Shown in pieces: positions 1-10,234 of a stretch of 64,000 nucleotides of DNA. The notes under the pieces were generated by a model that saw only the letters and a program-made list of their open reading frames with translations, was not told the DNA's origin and made no database searches. Both the position numbers and the translations under genes were made by a program. The stretch is from a virus: IMG/VR virus record IMGVR_UViG_3300034685_000168, positions 1 through 64,000 of that record; one strand, 5' to 3'. Within the stretch, counting starts at the first letter, position 1, and every line of letters starts with the position of its first letter.

Positions 1-13
1 TTATTGATTACTA

Positions 14-1201
14 TTATTTTTTATGTGATACTTCTTTTATCAATCGTTCATGATATTTTTTATTAATTATAAGTCGTGATGTATAAATATCAGTTACTTG
101 TCCAATTTGTTTTATTTTTAAGAATAAATCGTCTGGATATTCATTAGGACAAAACATATCAGTTATTGTGAGTTCTCCTGATAATATTTTTTCATATGTA
201 GAAATCATAAAATCTGATATATAATCTGTTAATCTTATATTTTCAGGTATTTCTTTACCTTGAAATAATTGCTTCAATACTTCAAAATCAGTTTTATTAA
301 CATATGAATAGTTTCCACTATCCATATCATACACCACTCCATATCGAAATGATGATGGGTTTCTTGGAAAGAAAAAAGTAGGAGCAGCTGATTGCTTTTC
401 ATATAAAAATTCAAAAAAGATCATATCGTTTGATAATTCTTCATCATCGATAGATATGATATTATCATAATCAATAATTTGTATAAATTCCGGCAATAGA
501 TCATTTTGCGGCAAGTTAATGATATATTCTTTTTTTTCCTTAGGAATCATACGATCTTCTATGATATTTAAATTTTCATCAATATCAATCGAAGGTATTG
601 TTATTCTACACAATTTAGATTTATCCATTATTTCTTTTACTTTAGGATCTTTGAATTTTATATCTCCAATACTCAAACTAAAATAATCAAAGGGATTTCT
701 ATCGTCGATTATCTCATATGTATTTTTTAGATTAATTATTTTATTCTGATATGTTAATAGGTCTGGAATATCAGAAATATTTTCTTCCAATATTTTCAAG
801 GTAATTAAAAGTCGTTTTTTTCCATCCAATAAATGATATTTATGAAATAATTCAAATACTTTATTATCAAAAATATTTAAAAATATAATATTAGACTTAT
901 CATCTAATTTATCATAATTAAAGATTTCATATTCTGTATAATCTAATATTACTTTATAATCATTATCGTCATATATAGATAAGCTACTATCATTTGTACC
1001 TGACAACATCGGCATTCGAATTGCTATATAATATTCACTATCTGACAATTTAGGAAATTTATCTGTTTTGAGTTTAATAATTTTAAAATATCTATTAATA
1101 ATATCATTTAATGATTCTGCACAATTTACACCATAGGGTACATTAAACTTATACTGGTTATTACTAACTCTTGGAACACGTGGATGATTAAAATTTCTCA
1201 T
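14..1201 (-). CDS. Hypothetical protein (~395 aa)
   Basis: Long ORF. Start moved to ATG at 1201 (MRNFNHP), preceded by purine-rich GAAAGAGAG, because the track start at 1321 lies inside tRNA-Asn. No recognisable motif. Confidence 0.75.
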   Translation of the reverse strand: MRNFNHPRVPRVSNNQYKFNVPYGVNCAESLNDIINRYFKIIKLKTDKFPKLSDSEYYIAIRMPMLSGTNDSSLSIYDDNDYKVILDYTEYEIFNYDKLDDKSNIIFLNIFDNKVFELFHKYHLLDGKKRLLITLKILEENISDIPDLLTYQNKIINLKNTYEIIDDRNPFDYFSLSIGDIKFKDPKVKEIMDKSKLCRITIPSIDIDENLNIIEDRMIPKEKKEYIINLPQNDLLPEFIQIIDYDNIISIDDEELSNDMIFFEFLYEKQSAAPTFFFPRNPSSFRYGVVYDMDSGNYSYVNKTDFEVLKQLFQGKEIPENIRLTDYISDFMISTYEKILSGELTITDMFCPNEYPDDLFLKIKQIGQVTDIYTSRLIINKKYHERLIKEVSHKK

Positions 1202-1294
1202 AATAAAACTCTCTTTCTTTTTTTGGTTAATAATGATAATTACTATTGTGGATTTATTCCACAATAGTAATATTAAAAAATTAGATTTTAGTTT

Positions 1295-1370
1295 TGGCTC
1301 CCTAACGTGGACTTGAACCACGGACCGGACGGTTAACAGCCGTCTGCTCTGCCAACTGAGCTATTAGGGA
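1295..1370 (-). tRNA. trnN: tRNA-Asn (GTT)
   Basis: Reverse complement TCCCTAATAGCTCAGTTGGCAGAGC-AGACGG-CT-GTT-AA-CCGTC...GGTTCAAGTCC-ACGTTAGGGAG-CCA folds into a cloverleaf with encoded CCA. Confidence 0.97.
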
Positions 1371-1378
1371 GTATTTTA

Positions 1379-1453
1379 TGGCTGAGGTTATAGGATTCGA
1401 ACCTATGAATACTGGGATCAAAACCCAGTGCCTTACCGCTTGGCGAAACCTCA
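1379..1453 (-). tRNA. trnQ: tRNA-Gln (TTG)
   Basis: Reverse complement TGAGGTTTCGCCAAGCGGTAAGGCA-CTGGG-TT-TTG-AT-CCCAG...GGTTCGAATCC...CCTCAG-CCA. Confidence 0.97.
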
Positions 1454-1475
1454 GTATTGTTGGAATTCTATAATA

Positions 1476-1501
1476 GATATATATAAATGAAAATTTAATG
1501 A
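1476..1501 (-). promoter_or_regulatory. Putative phage early promoter (TCA-N10-ATTTATATATATC) driving tRNA-Gln/tRNA-Asn
   Basis: Matches the repeated intergenic motif with identical spacing; about 20 nt upstream of tRNA-Gln. Confidence 0.7.
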
Positions 1502-1620
1502 TTTTTATTTATAAATATTTTAATATTACAATAAAGTAATTGTTCATTAATAGACAACTTTCGTTGTTTACTTAATGTATATAATTCATTTAATTTTTCA
1601 TAACATTTTTCTATAGTCAT
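1495..1620 (-). CDS. Small hypothetical ORF (41 aa, MTIEKCYEKL...) between tRNAs
   Basis: Read by hand; ATG preceded by AGGA; below the ORF track cutoff. Confidence 0.35.
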   Translation of the reverse strand: MTIEKCYEKLNELYTLSKQRKLSINEQLLYCNIKIFINKNH

Positions 1621-1647
1621 TATAAAAATTCCTAATTAAATTAATGT

Positions 1648-1734
1648 TGGTGCCGGGAGTGGGATTCGAACCCACACGACTTTATAGTCGACGGATTTTA
1701 AGTCCGTTTTGTCTACCAGTTCCAACATCCCGGC
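1648..1734 (-). tRNA. trnL: tRNA-Leu (TAA)
   Basis: Reverse complement GCCGGGATGTTGGAACTGGTAGACAAA-ACGGA-CT-TAA-AA-TCCGT, long variable arm, GGTTCGAATCCC...CCCGGCA-CCA. Confidence 0.97.
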
Positions 1735-1918
1735 ATAATACATTTTCGTATATAATTATAATCTACTGTATTTTTTTATGGTTGTAAACATTTTTCTATA
1801 TCTTCACTAATAGACTCTATATTTATTACTAAATTATAAAATTCTGTGAAATAAGTCCAAACAGCAATATTTAATAATTCTCCTTAATTTTAAAAAAATA
1901 ATCTATATAAAATTATAT

Positions 1919-1956
1919 ATATACTTAGGTAGATATAATAGTCTACCTAAGTATAT
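1919..1956. terminator. Inverted repeat, probable intrinsic terminator
   Basis: ATATACTTAGGTAGA / TCTACCTAAGTATAT 15-bp stem downstream of ORF 1980-2429. Confidence 0.7.
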
Positions 1957-1979
1957 TTTATTTATATTAAAACACTATC

Positions 1980-2429
1980 TTATTTTGAACTTATTTTTGT
2001 TATTCCTTTTATCCAAATACAAGAAATGTTCTCATCAATATAGATATTTTTATCTATTTGATAAATATCGAAATCTCTAATAGAATAATTAGACCAATAA
2101 TTTTTGGGTAAAATATTTCTCATTTTACCAGGTATTTTTTCAGAGTTTGTTGTGTCCTGTTCTATCTTTAATTTCCATACTGTATCGACTTTAGTTAAAA
2201 TTAAGTTAACTTTTATATCCTCTATATAAAGTTCACAGAATAAACAATTATCTTTAGCTTGTATAAAGAAATTATCGTCACTATGAAGTAACATATCTTT
2301 ATTTTCTATTATCTCTAATTTAGGAAATAAATCTTTTAATATATCTTTATTTTCCCAATGATTTCTTATTTCGTTATATAGTTTTTTTCCGTTATCAGAA
2401 TCCATTAATTTAACAAATACAATTGACAT
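1980..2429 (-). CDS. Hypothetical protein
   Basis: 149-aa ORF with AGGA RBS, directly after the preceding gene. Confidence 0.75.
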   Translation of the reverse strand: MSIVFVKLMDSDNGKKLYNEIRNHWENKDILKDLFPKLEIIENKDMLLHSDDNFFIQAKDNCLFCELYIEDIKVNLILTKVDTVWKLKIEQDTTNSEKIPGKMRNILPKNYWSNYSIRDFDIYQIDKNIYIDENISCIWIKGITKISSK

Positions 2430-2439
2430 ATTTTTTTCC

Positions 2440-3861
2440 TTAATTATTTAACAATTCAACTAATTTTTCTCCAAGGTCTTTTTCAGCATCAGAAGGATAC
2501 TTATCGTTTAAGCCCCAGATTTGTTGAAGATAGTATTTTCCATCTTTTTTACATATTTCAACAGTAGCACCACCAGGTGCTTTGTCACCAACATGAAAAA
2601 TATAAGATTTGTTACTTAAACATGCATTGACATATCCACCAACACAATGTTGCATCAACTCTCCTTCATTACGGAGATCATCCGTGTTAGTTATTTGTAT
2701 TATATTTTTCTTTTTTGGAATATTAAATTTTGTAAATTCTTTATATACTCCTAAGTTGGCTTCGATTTTATCAATGACTTTCTGTTCAATTAAATTCATA
2801 ATTTTCTTCCATCCTGTCTTTGGTCCTTTATCTAACATATCAGGAGTAATCCTATTAAGCAATTCATGGTAATGAAACGTTCTAGATTCACCTGCTGGAC
2901 CATAAATTTTTCTTGATTTCCGTAATTGTGGCAAATGTTCCATTGCCCAATCAACTATTTCTTTTTCATTACAATCGTAGAACCATTCTTTCGGAAATCC
3001 GATCATACATTTATATTCATATAATGCCAAATTATCAATTCCTGAACATACAAAAATTTCATGATGATTTTCTTTATTTAATTTTGAAATTATTTCATTA
3101 GCTATTTTTTTAGGATATTTATGATCGAGAATCTCAACCGGTTTAAGACCAGCTTTTATTGCAGTTTTGAGATCAAATTTTGAATCTTGTTCAATAAAAT
3201 TTGGATCAACTCTGTGTAAATATTTATTTAAAAAAGAAATATCTTCTAATGTCAAATACGATAGTTTGTTACATATTGTAACAAGCTTTGGTTTAAGGAC
3301 ACCAGTCTCTATTAATATTAAGACCTCATTTATTGGTCTATTTAACCAATTGCATCTTTTTAACATTTTTAAATTGTTCACATATTTTTCTTTTATTTCA
3401 GCTGTATATCTAGATATATCTAAATAATCGGATAATTCTTTTATTCTTTCTATATCCGACCTTGATGATGGTTTTATTATATCTATTAATATATAGTTAT
3501 CTAAATATTCAGGTAACGATGCAATTCTATATAAAGCTTTATACCAATACATAACCTTTTTCGGTGTATATAAATCACCATATGAATTAAAAGGTGTTAC
3601 GGAAGATATTATTTTATCTAATATTTTTTCTGGTAATTTCAGAATCCAATCTATATCTTCTTGTGGAGTAAGAAGAGCAACTTTTGCTTGTTTGTTAGAT
3701 AATCCTAAATTTTTCATTACCGTGTCTACCCAGCTATTGAAACCATTCCACGATTTATACTCTGGATAATACGTGGGTCTATCAGATGTAATTACTACAC
3801 TATCTTTACAATTCGATAAAAATACCAAATCACTACCAAATTTCTTATAAGACAAATCCAT
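2440..3861 (-). CDS. PcfJ-like domain protein
   Basis: C-terminal DLRNEGELMQHCVGGY...TVEI...QIWGLND matches the PcfJ-like ExxxMxHCVxxY motif; AAGGAG RBS. Confidence 0.7.
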   Translation of the reverse strand: MDLSYKKFGSDLVFLSNCKDSVVITSDRPTYYPEYKSWNGFNSWVDTVMKNLGLSNKQAKVALLTPQEDIDWILKLPEKILDKIISSVTPFNSYGDLYTPKKVMYWYKALYRIASLPEYLDNYILIDIIKPSSRSDIERIKELSDYLDISRYTAEIKEKYVNNLKMLKRCNWLNRPINEVLILIETGVLKPKLVTICNKLSYLTLEDISFLNKYLHRVDPNFIEQDSKFDLKTAIKAGLKPVEILDHKYPKKIANEIISKLNKENHHEIFVCSGIDNLALYEYKCMIGFPKEWFYDCNEKEIVDWAMEHLPQLRKSRKIYGPAGESRTFHYHELLNRITPDMLDKGPKTGWKKIMNLIEQKVIDKIEANLGVYKEFTKFNIPKKKNIIQITNTDDLRNEGELMQHCVGGYVNACLSNKSYIFHVGDKAPGGATVEICKKDGKYYLQQIWGLNDKYPSDAEKDLGEKLVELLNN

Positions 3862-3883
3862 GATAAACTCCTTTGATAAATAA

Positions 3884-3917
3884 ATATATAGTGGTCTATT
3901 AATAGACCACTATATAT
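3884..3917. terminator. Perfect palindrome, probable terminator
   Basis: ATATATAGTGGTCTATT|AATAGACCACTATATAT, intergenic. Confidence 0.65.
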
Positions 3918-3924
3918 AGTAACA

Positions 3925-4203
3925 TTAAAATTTTATACTTTTAAAATAATTTCTTTTTAAATTAATTATATTAAATACTCTTTCTGTTGAACTTATATAA
4001 AATCCCGATAGTTTTGTTATTATAGTACGATCACTAACATACTCTATATTAATTTCATAAAATGGTAATGAAATTAATAATCTTTGATTAGATATCAAAA
4101 TACCTAACTCTATTTTTTTATGAATAATTAAATCTATACAGAAATTTTTTGTACTTAATAAAAGTTTATGAGTATTTTTTGTGTGATATATTATTTTTTT
4201 CAT
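3925..4203 (-). CDS. Hypothetical protein
   Basis: 92-aa ORF with ATGA overlap to the upstream gene. Confidence 0.65.
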   Translation of the reverse strand: MKKIIYHTKNTHKLLLSTKNFCIDLIIHKKIELGILISNQRLLISLPFYEINIEYVSDRTIITKLSGFYISSTERVFNIINLKRNYFKSIKF

Positions 4204-4790
4204 ATTTGCTCCAATTTCTTTTTAAGTGAAAAATCTTTATCAGAAAGTATGATAGAATGATATAGCCTATCATTACCTGATGGAGACTTATATTCCAATT
4301 CTACAAAGTATTTCTGCTTGGTATAAATGAATTTTGGGACACAAGTTAAGCACTCTTTATATTTAGCTATAAAATTAATTTTATAGTCTTTACCTTTATA
4401 ATGAAAATGATTAGTATATAATTCATTATCATTCAATGATACTTTATAAGGTATCCATTTTTTATCTTTATTTAATTGATATTGATCTAATATATACAAT
4501 TTAAAAGGTAAACTAAATGAATATAATTTTTTATTAGTTCCTATATAAATTCCATTTTCATCAATATCTATTCCTCTCATATTAATTAATTCATTAATCG
4601 GTTTTTTTCCTATTCGGTGAGGAATCATTATTGAAAAACCTATAAATAGAAATGATATATATATTCTACTATATTTTTTAGAATTAAAATCCCATATTGA
4701 AAAAAACAATGTTGGAATTAAATTAATAGTTATTTGGAATTTTCTATTTATATTAAAAATAATCATATTATTTTCATAAGTAATATCCAT
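4200..4790 (-). CDS. Hypothetical protein
   Basis: 196-aa ORF, AAGGAG RBS, hydrophobic N-terminal stretches. Confidence 0.7.
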   Translation of the reverse strand: MDITYENNMIIFNINRKFQITINLIPTLFFSIWDFNSKKYSRIYISFLFIGFSIMIPHRIGKKPINELINMRGIDIDENGIYIGTNKKLYSFSLPFKLYILDQYQLNKDKKWIPYKVSLNDNELYTNHFHYKGKDYKINFIAKYKECLTCVPKFIYTKQKYFVELEYKSPSGNDRLYHSIILSDKDFSLKKKLEQI

Positions 4791-4792
4791 AT

Positions 4793-5248
4793 TTATTTCT
4801 CCTTTTTATATATTACACATATATGTTTCATATTTATTAATTCTTCATCTATTATTTTAGAAATAATATTCCAATCTCCCCCCGCTAATCCGGCACCTAT
4901 CATGGGATAAATTATAATTCTGTTATTAAAATCTTTAGCTATTTTTTTAAATACCGATCTTATAGCGTTATAATCAGCATTACGGATTCTTCCACCATAG
5001 TGATATTGAGTATAAGCATTAACTATTGTAAAATTAATACTATTACGTTTAATATCTACTGAAGAATAATCTCCTAATTTAGATTTATCTCCTTTTATAG
5101 TTTTACAATCTACATTGTAGGCTTCAAAATAATTATCTTTTATTGTTCTTGCAATACCTGCTCCCATATTACAAAAACAATTACAACCATGAACTAAGAC
5201 ATAATCATTGTTAATATAATCAAAAATATCACCATAAACAATTTCCAT
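4793..5248 (-). CDS. Macrodomain (Appr-1-p processing / ADP-ribose binding) protein
   Basis: GDIF...VHGCNCFCNMGAGIA...NAYTQY...YPMIGAGLAGGDW, typical phage macrodomain motifs. Confidence 0.9.
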   Translation of the reverse strand: MEIVYGDIFDYINNDYVLVHGCNCFCNMGAGIARTIKDNYFEAYNVDCKTIKGDKSKLGDYSSVDIKRNSINFTIVNAYTQYHYGGRIRNADYNAIRSVFKKIAKDFNNRIIIYPMIGAGLAGGDWNIISKIIDEELINMKHICVIYKKEK

Positions 5249-5289
5249 TTTAAGTATTCTCCTTTTAATTAAATGTTTATATCATAAAA

Positions 5290-5315
5290 GAAATATATAA
5301 ATAAAAATAGATTGA
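5290..5315 (-). promoter_or_regulatory. Putative early promoter for the macrodomain operon
   Basis: TCA-ATCTATTTTT-ATTTATATATTTC on the minus strand. Confidence 0.75.
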
Positions 5316-5354
5316 AAAAAAAAATAAAATATATGTGGGGGGACCGAAGTCCCC
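5311..5354 (-). repeat. Cassette-end module copy 1: GGGGAC-TTCG-GTCCCC terminator hairpin plus conserved T-rich tail
   Basis: Near-identical to 36512-36552 and 36954-36996; C(UUCG)G tetraloop on the minus strand, right after the stop of ORF 5361-5759. Confidence 0.9.
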
Positions 5355-5360
5355 GTGATA

Positions 5361-5759
5361 TTATAAAGAGAAATATACTATTGACAATAGTCTCTTGTCC
5401 TCTATTGTTTCTCCCTCGAGAATCTTTTCCAGATTCTCCAACTCAAATTCAAACGCAGCACTTACCAGATAAGGGATGTTGTTATTACATCCCGCCGCAA
5501 CAACGTCTTCGTTTCCAACATAACGTTGGAATAATGTATTCCAGCTTTTTTCAATTCTTTCTTCTCCGGAATTACACACTTCTTTAACCGATAGAACCGG
5601 AAGTATATAAACAAATCTCCCGTGTATATCATACCCGTACGTATTAGGAGCATAAGAATCGAATTGGTCTGCGTATCCTGTAGGGCCAATAGAAATTGGC
5701 TCTTTTATTTCTGTTCCATATTTCTTAGCTATTTCTTTTAATTTTTCTAATCTAGTCAT
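5361..5759 (-). CDS. Hypothetical protein (cassette-borne early gene)
   Basis: 132 aa, AAGGAG RBS, visibly more GC-rich than flanks, own promoter and terminator. Confidence 0.85.
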   Translation of the reverse strand: MTRLEKLKEIAKKYGTEIKEPISIGPTGYADQFDSYAPNTYGYDIHGRFVYILPVLSVKEVCNSGEERIEKSWNTLFQRYVGNEDVVAAGCNNNIPYLVSAAFEFELENLEKILEGETIEDKRLLSIVYFSL

Positions 5760-5791
5760 TTTATTTCTCCTTTTAAATTAAATTAATATAG

Positions 5792-5823
5792 TTATTAGAG
5801 AGTAGATATCTACTCTCTAATAA
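5792..5823. repeat. Perfect 32-bp palindrome in the 5' leader
   Basis: TTATTAGAGAGTAGAT|ATCTACTCTCTAATAA immediately downstream of promoter 5825-5850. Confidence 0.85.
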
Positions 5824-5824
5824 T

Positions 5825-5850
5825 GGAATATATAAATAATTATGTAATGA
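5825..5850 (-). promoter_or_regulatory. Putative early promoter
   Basis: TCA-TTACATAATT-ATTTATATATTCC. Confidence 0.75.
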
Positions 5851-5903
5851 AAAAAAATAAAAAAATAAAGTACTATGGAAATAAACCCATAGTACTTATA
5901 TAT

Positions 5904-6101
5904 TTATTTAATTATTTCTATAACATTATCCCATTTAACAAATCTATCACCACACAAGGTTTTTATATTAATCCCTCTTCTACTAATAAGAGTTATAATT
6001 CCTTCGTGTATGGATGGTTGTCCTGTAGGATTAAAATTTACTTTAGCTTTTTGATATAAACGTATATGAGGTAGTTCTAGTTCTAATTCATCTTCGGTCA
6101 T
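5904..6101 (-). CDS. Small hypothetical protein
   Basis: 65 aa with AAGGAG upstream; last gene of the operon. Confidence 0.7.
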   Translation of the reverse strand: MTEDELELELPHIRLYQKAKVNFNPTGQPSIHEGIITLISRRGINIKTLCGDRFVKWDNVIEIIK

Positions 6102-6111
6102 AATATTTTAT

Positions 6112-7049
<938 letters not shown>

Positions 7050-7074
7050 CTATCATTACTCAATGTTGTTAAAA

Positions 7075-8226
7075 TTAGACCAAATTTAGAGATAAACGTC
7101 CCCAGGACTCGATGTTTTTTGCATCTAATTCTTCTTTAGATAAAAATTCAATTTTTCCACCAAGTTCTTCTTCTATATCAAAATTACTATCTATCCATTT
7201 ATCAATATCTATTAGATACACCAATCCTAAATGATAACTACTAACTTCATTTTTTTCATCATTGATATAACCTATGAATTTCATATCTAATATATCTGGA
7301 ATAGTTCCTAATTCTTCTTTGATCTCTCTAAATATAGCATTATAAAAAGATTCTCCTTTAGAAACATGTCCACCTATACCAATAGAATATTCCCCATGTA
7401 ATCTTTGTTCTGTACCATTGCGTTTAAATGTCAAAAATTTATTATCTAATCTTATTAATACATATGGAATTAATTGTTTATATTCTTTATCATATTCACA
7501 TATAGATCTTTTAATAAAATATTTTTCTTTTTCTAATAAACAAAGATTTTTAGATTTTAAATAAGTCATTGTATCTTTTTCTATATATGTACAAGGAACA
7601 GAATTTCTTTTAATACACATAACTTCTTCAGACATTTTTTCTTCTAATAGTAATTCTGGTATTAAAGTTTTATCTATAGCTTTTTTTATTTTTTGTCTAA
7701 GAATAAATATATTTATTTTTTTATCTTTATCATTTTTATCAAAATCATTATAGAAAATATAATCTGCTATATCTTTTGTTAAAGGAACTAAATCATCTGC
7801 ATCATTACCAATATTTTCATATTTAACGCTTCTATTTTCTATATAAATAAATTTAAATATAAATCCTTCTTTTTTACAAAGTTCTTTTAGATTTAATATT
7901 TCTTCTTTTTCTCTAATCATAGTTGTAAATATATTACCATCTAATTTTTTAACTTTATTAATAAAATCTATATTAGGTAAATTACCATATTCTACTAATA
8001 ATTTTTTATGATTAGCTAAGAAATTTCTTTTTTCTTTAGTCTTATTAGTAAACGGATTAATATTTAATTTATCCATAAAGATTTCATTTGTTAAATCCAT
8101 AGAAGTAAATTTATAAGTAGTTAAATTATACTTAGCTTCTAAATATTCACATAAATGATTTCTAATTGTGTCTTTACCTGAAGCTGAATATCCATTAAAC
8201 ACTAATACTATTTTTTTATTTATCAT
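7075..8226 (-). CDS. Fusion of a P-loop nucleotide kinase-like domain and a Nudix hydrolase
   Basis: N-terminal NGYSASGKDT Walker A; C-terminal KQLIPY...RLHGEYSIGIGGHV...REIKEELG Nudix box (COG4112-like). Confidence 0.85.
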   Translation of the reverse strand: MINKKIVLVFNGYSASGKDTIRNHLCEYLEAKYNLTTYKFTSMDLTNEIFMDKLNINPFTNKTKEKRNFLANHKKLLVEYGNLPNIDFINKVKKLDGNIFTTMIREKEEILNLKELCKKEGFIFKFIYIENRSVKYENIGNDADDLVPLTKDIADYIFYNDFDKNDKDKKINIFILRQKIKKAIDKTLIPELLLEEKMSEEVMCIKRNSVPCTYIEKDTMTYLKSKNLCLLEKEKYFIKRSICEYDKEYKQLIPYVLIRLDNKFLTFKRNGTEQRLHGEYSIGIGGHVSKGESFYNAIFREIKEELGTIPDILDMKFIGYINDEKNEVSSYHLGLVYLIDIDKWIDSNFDIEEELGGKIEFLSKEELDAKNIESWGRLSLNLV

Positions 8227-8630
8227 TGTTTTTCCTTTAACCTTTTTAATGAATTATAAATAGTAAATAATATTTCTTTTATATATAAATTACAATCTAT
8301 ATCATCGTGGAGATATTGTGAAAGTATATGATTTTTAAATATTTCATTTTCTCTTAGAATATTTAAATCTTTATTATTTAAAATATTATTATTTAAATAG
8401 TTATTTATTAAATTAATTACTTCATTAAGTTCTTGTTCTAACGAAATATCTTTTATCATACCAAAATAAGTTCTTAAAAAATTAACCACAATATTGTATT
8501 TAGTAAATTCTTTTTCTTGATTTAATTGTTTAAAATTTTCATATGATTTATTAAAAATAAATAGTACATTTTGAAATTGTTTATTGTCAAAATTATAAGT
8601 ATATAATTCTGTTATTGAATTTGTTTTCAT
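8223..8630 (-). CDS. Hypothetical protein
   Basis: 135 aa, GAGGA RBS, ATGA overlap with the next gene. Confidence 0.7.
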   Translation of the reverse strand: MKTNSITELYTYNFDNKQFQNVLFIFNKSYENFKQLNQEKEFTKYNIVVNFLRTYFGMIKDISLEQELNEVINLINNYLNNNILNNKDLNILRENEIFKNHILSQYLHDDIDCNLYIKEILFTIYNSLKRLKEKQ

Positions 8631-8658
8631 AATTATTTTATTCCTCTTAATAAAAAAA

Positions 8659-8684
8659 TAAGAGAGAGAATATTCTCTCTCTTA
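8659..8684 (-). terminator. Intrinsic terminator
   Basis: TAAGAGAGAGAAT|ATTCTCTCTCTTA palindrome followed by a T-run on the minus strand. Confidence 0.75.
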
Positions 8685-8688
8685 TAAA

Positions 8689-10179
8689 TTATATAGATTC
8701 TTCTATTTTGTTAAATGCTATATATAATTGTTCAAAAAGTTTATTGTCAGGTATTTCTTCATGAACTTTTTCAATTATAATTTTGTATAATGAAACTGCT
8801 TTATCAAATTGATTTTTAAGATTATCTTTCATTATAGCTTTTTCGTTATCCGTTGGTACAATGTCCATAGCTTCTACTTCATTTAGCATAAGGAAAATTA
8901 TATCACACATTCTCCGAACAAGAGAATTAACATTCCGTTCTGGACCATAATTCTCTTTAAATACATGAGCATAGATTTGATTATTATCTATTAACTCTTT
9001 TACAATAGAATAAATTTCCATTTCATTATTACGAATTTCTTCTTCATAATTATCGAAAGAAAATCCATTAATAAGATTATTAGTTTCATCAACATTCCCT
9101 TCATGATTATCATTTTCCATTTGTTCTTGAACCACATCTTTTATAGATGAGTAGAAAATAGAAATGATTATTTCATTGAATTCATCAGTATAATCACTAA
9201 ACAAAGTATTTAATACATAGAGTAAATACTTTTTATTCTCTTTTGTCAAACTAATAATTTTAAATTTATTATAAACAATAGAAATTAATTTAGTGATTTC
9301 CATTTTAATTAATTGATTACAAGAAAGCGATATAACATCTATTACTTGATTTTCTAAAGAATCCTCAAGTATGATTTCTCCATTTTTAATTAGATGTAAA
9401 TCTATTTTATTTTCACTTAAAGCTTCTTTTATTAAAGAAATATTGTTTATTATTTTTGTTTCGATAGTTTCATTGATAACTTTTTTCATATGATTTATGT
9501 ATTTAATAAAATTATCAATATTATCATTATTTGTTGAAATAGTAATTTCATCAATTTTAGCATTTCGCTTTTCTTCTTCTTTAATATCCAGATATAAATT
9601 AGCAACTTCCGGTACTATTATTTCTGGAATATTTAATTCTATCGTGTCAATTACATTTTTAACAAAGAATTTACAATTATTAGATATTAATTCCAATATA
9701 TTTTCAGAATCAATTTCATAGATATCATAATCATTTAGAAGAATATTTAAAATATCATAAACTTCTTGAATTTCAGAATCATCTGATTCATCTTCTTCTG
9801 TATCTTCTATTGGTTCTGGTATAACTTCTTCTTCTGTTGATTCTTTTTCATCTTCTGAAGTTAGATTATCTTCTTCTAATGAAGCTCCTTCATATATTTC
9901 TTTAACATTTTTAACAACTTCATTTTCTGGTTCATCAGACTCTGGATCTGACAATTGGTATTGTAGATTTTTTGGTTCTTCTTCTGTTGGTTCTGATGTA
10001 CCGACAATATGAAGATCAACTTTAGTGCCAAGAATATTATTCTTTTTTTGTAGAGAATAAGATGACTCACATTTGTTGCAAAATAAAGCTATTGTATTAT
10101 TTTCGCTATCTTCATTAACAATATTTTCATCTGTTAAAATATTGTTACATGTACATACTATTAAAATATTTGTATTCAT
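8689..10179 (-). CDS. Acidic hypothetical protein with N-terminal Zn-ribbon
   Basis: CTC...CNKC pair, then an E/D-rich linker and helical body; AAGGAG RBS. Confidence 0.75.
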   Translation of the reverse strand: MNTNILIVCTCNNILTDENIVNEDSENNTIALFCNKCESSYSLQKKNNILGTKVDLHIVGTSEPTEEEPKNLQYQLSDPESDEPENEVVKNVKEIYEGASLEEDNLTSEDEKESTEEEVIPEPIEDTEEDESDDSEIQEVYDILNILLNDYDIYEIDSENILELISNNCKFFVKNVIDTIELNIPEIIVPEVANLYLDIKEEEKRNAKIDEITISTNNDNIDNFIKYINHMKKVINETIETKIINNISLIKEALSENKIDLHLIKNGEIILEDSLENQVIDVISLSCNQLIKMEITKLISIVYNKFKIISLTKENKKYLLYVLNTLFSDYTDEFNEIIISIFYSSIKDVVQEQMENDNHEGNVDETNNLINGFSFDNYEEEIRNNEMEIYSIVKELIDNNQIYAHVFKENYGPERNVNSLVRRMCDIIFLMLNEVEAMDIVPTDNEKAIMKDNLKNQFDKAVSLYKIIIEKVHEEIPDNKLFEQLYIAFNKIEESI

Positions 10180-10234
10180 GAAAAATTATCTCCTTTTTTT
10201 ATAATAATATTTAATATAAAAAGATAGTGAATTA

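Noticed and set aside
1202-1321. N-terminal extension of ORF 14-1321
   Set aside because: Overlaps tRNA-Asn; a better start with an RBS lies at 1201.
5312-5587. Plus-strand ORFs starting in the terminator module (also 36555-36800)
   Set aside because: Antisense to RBS-bearing genes and derived from the repeat sequence.
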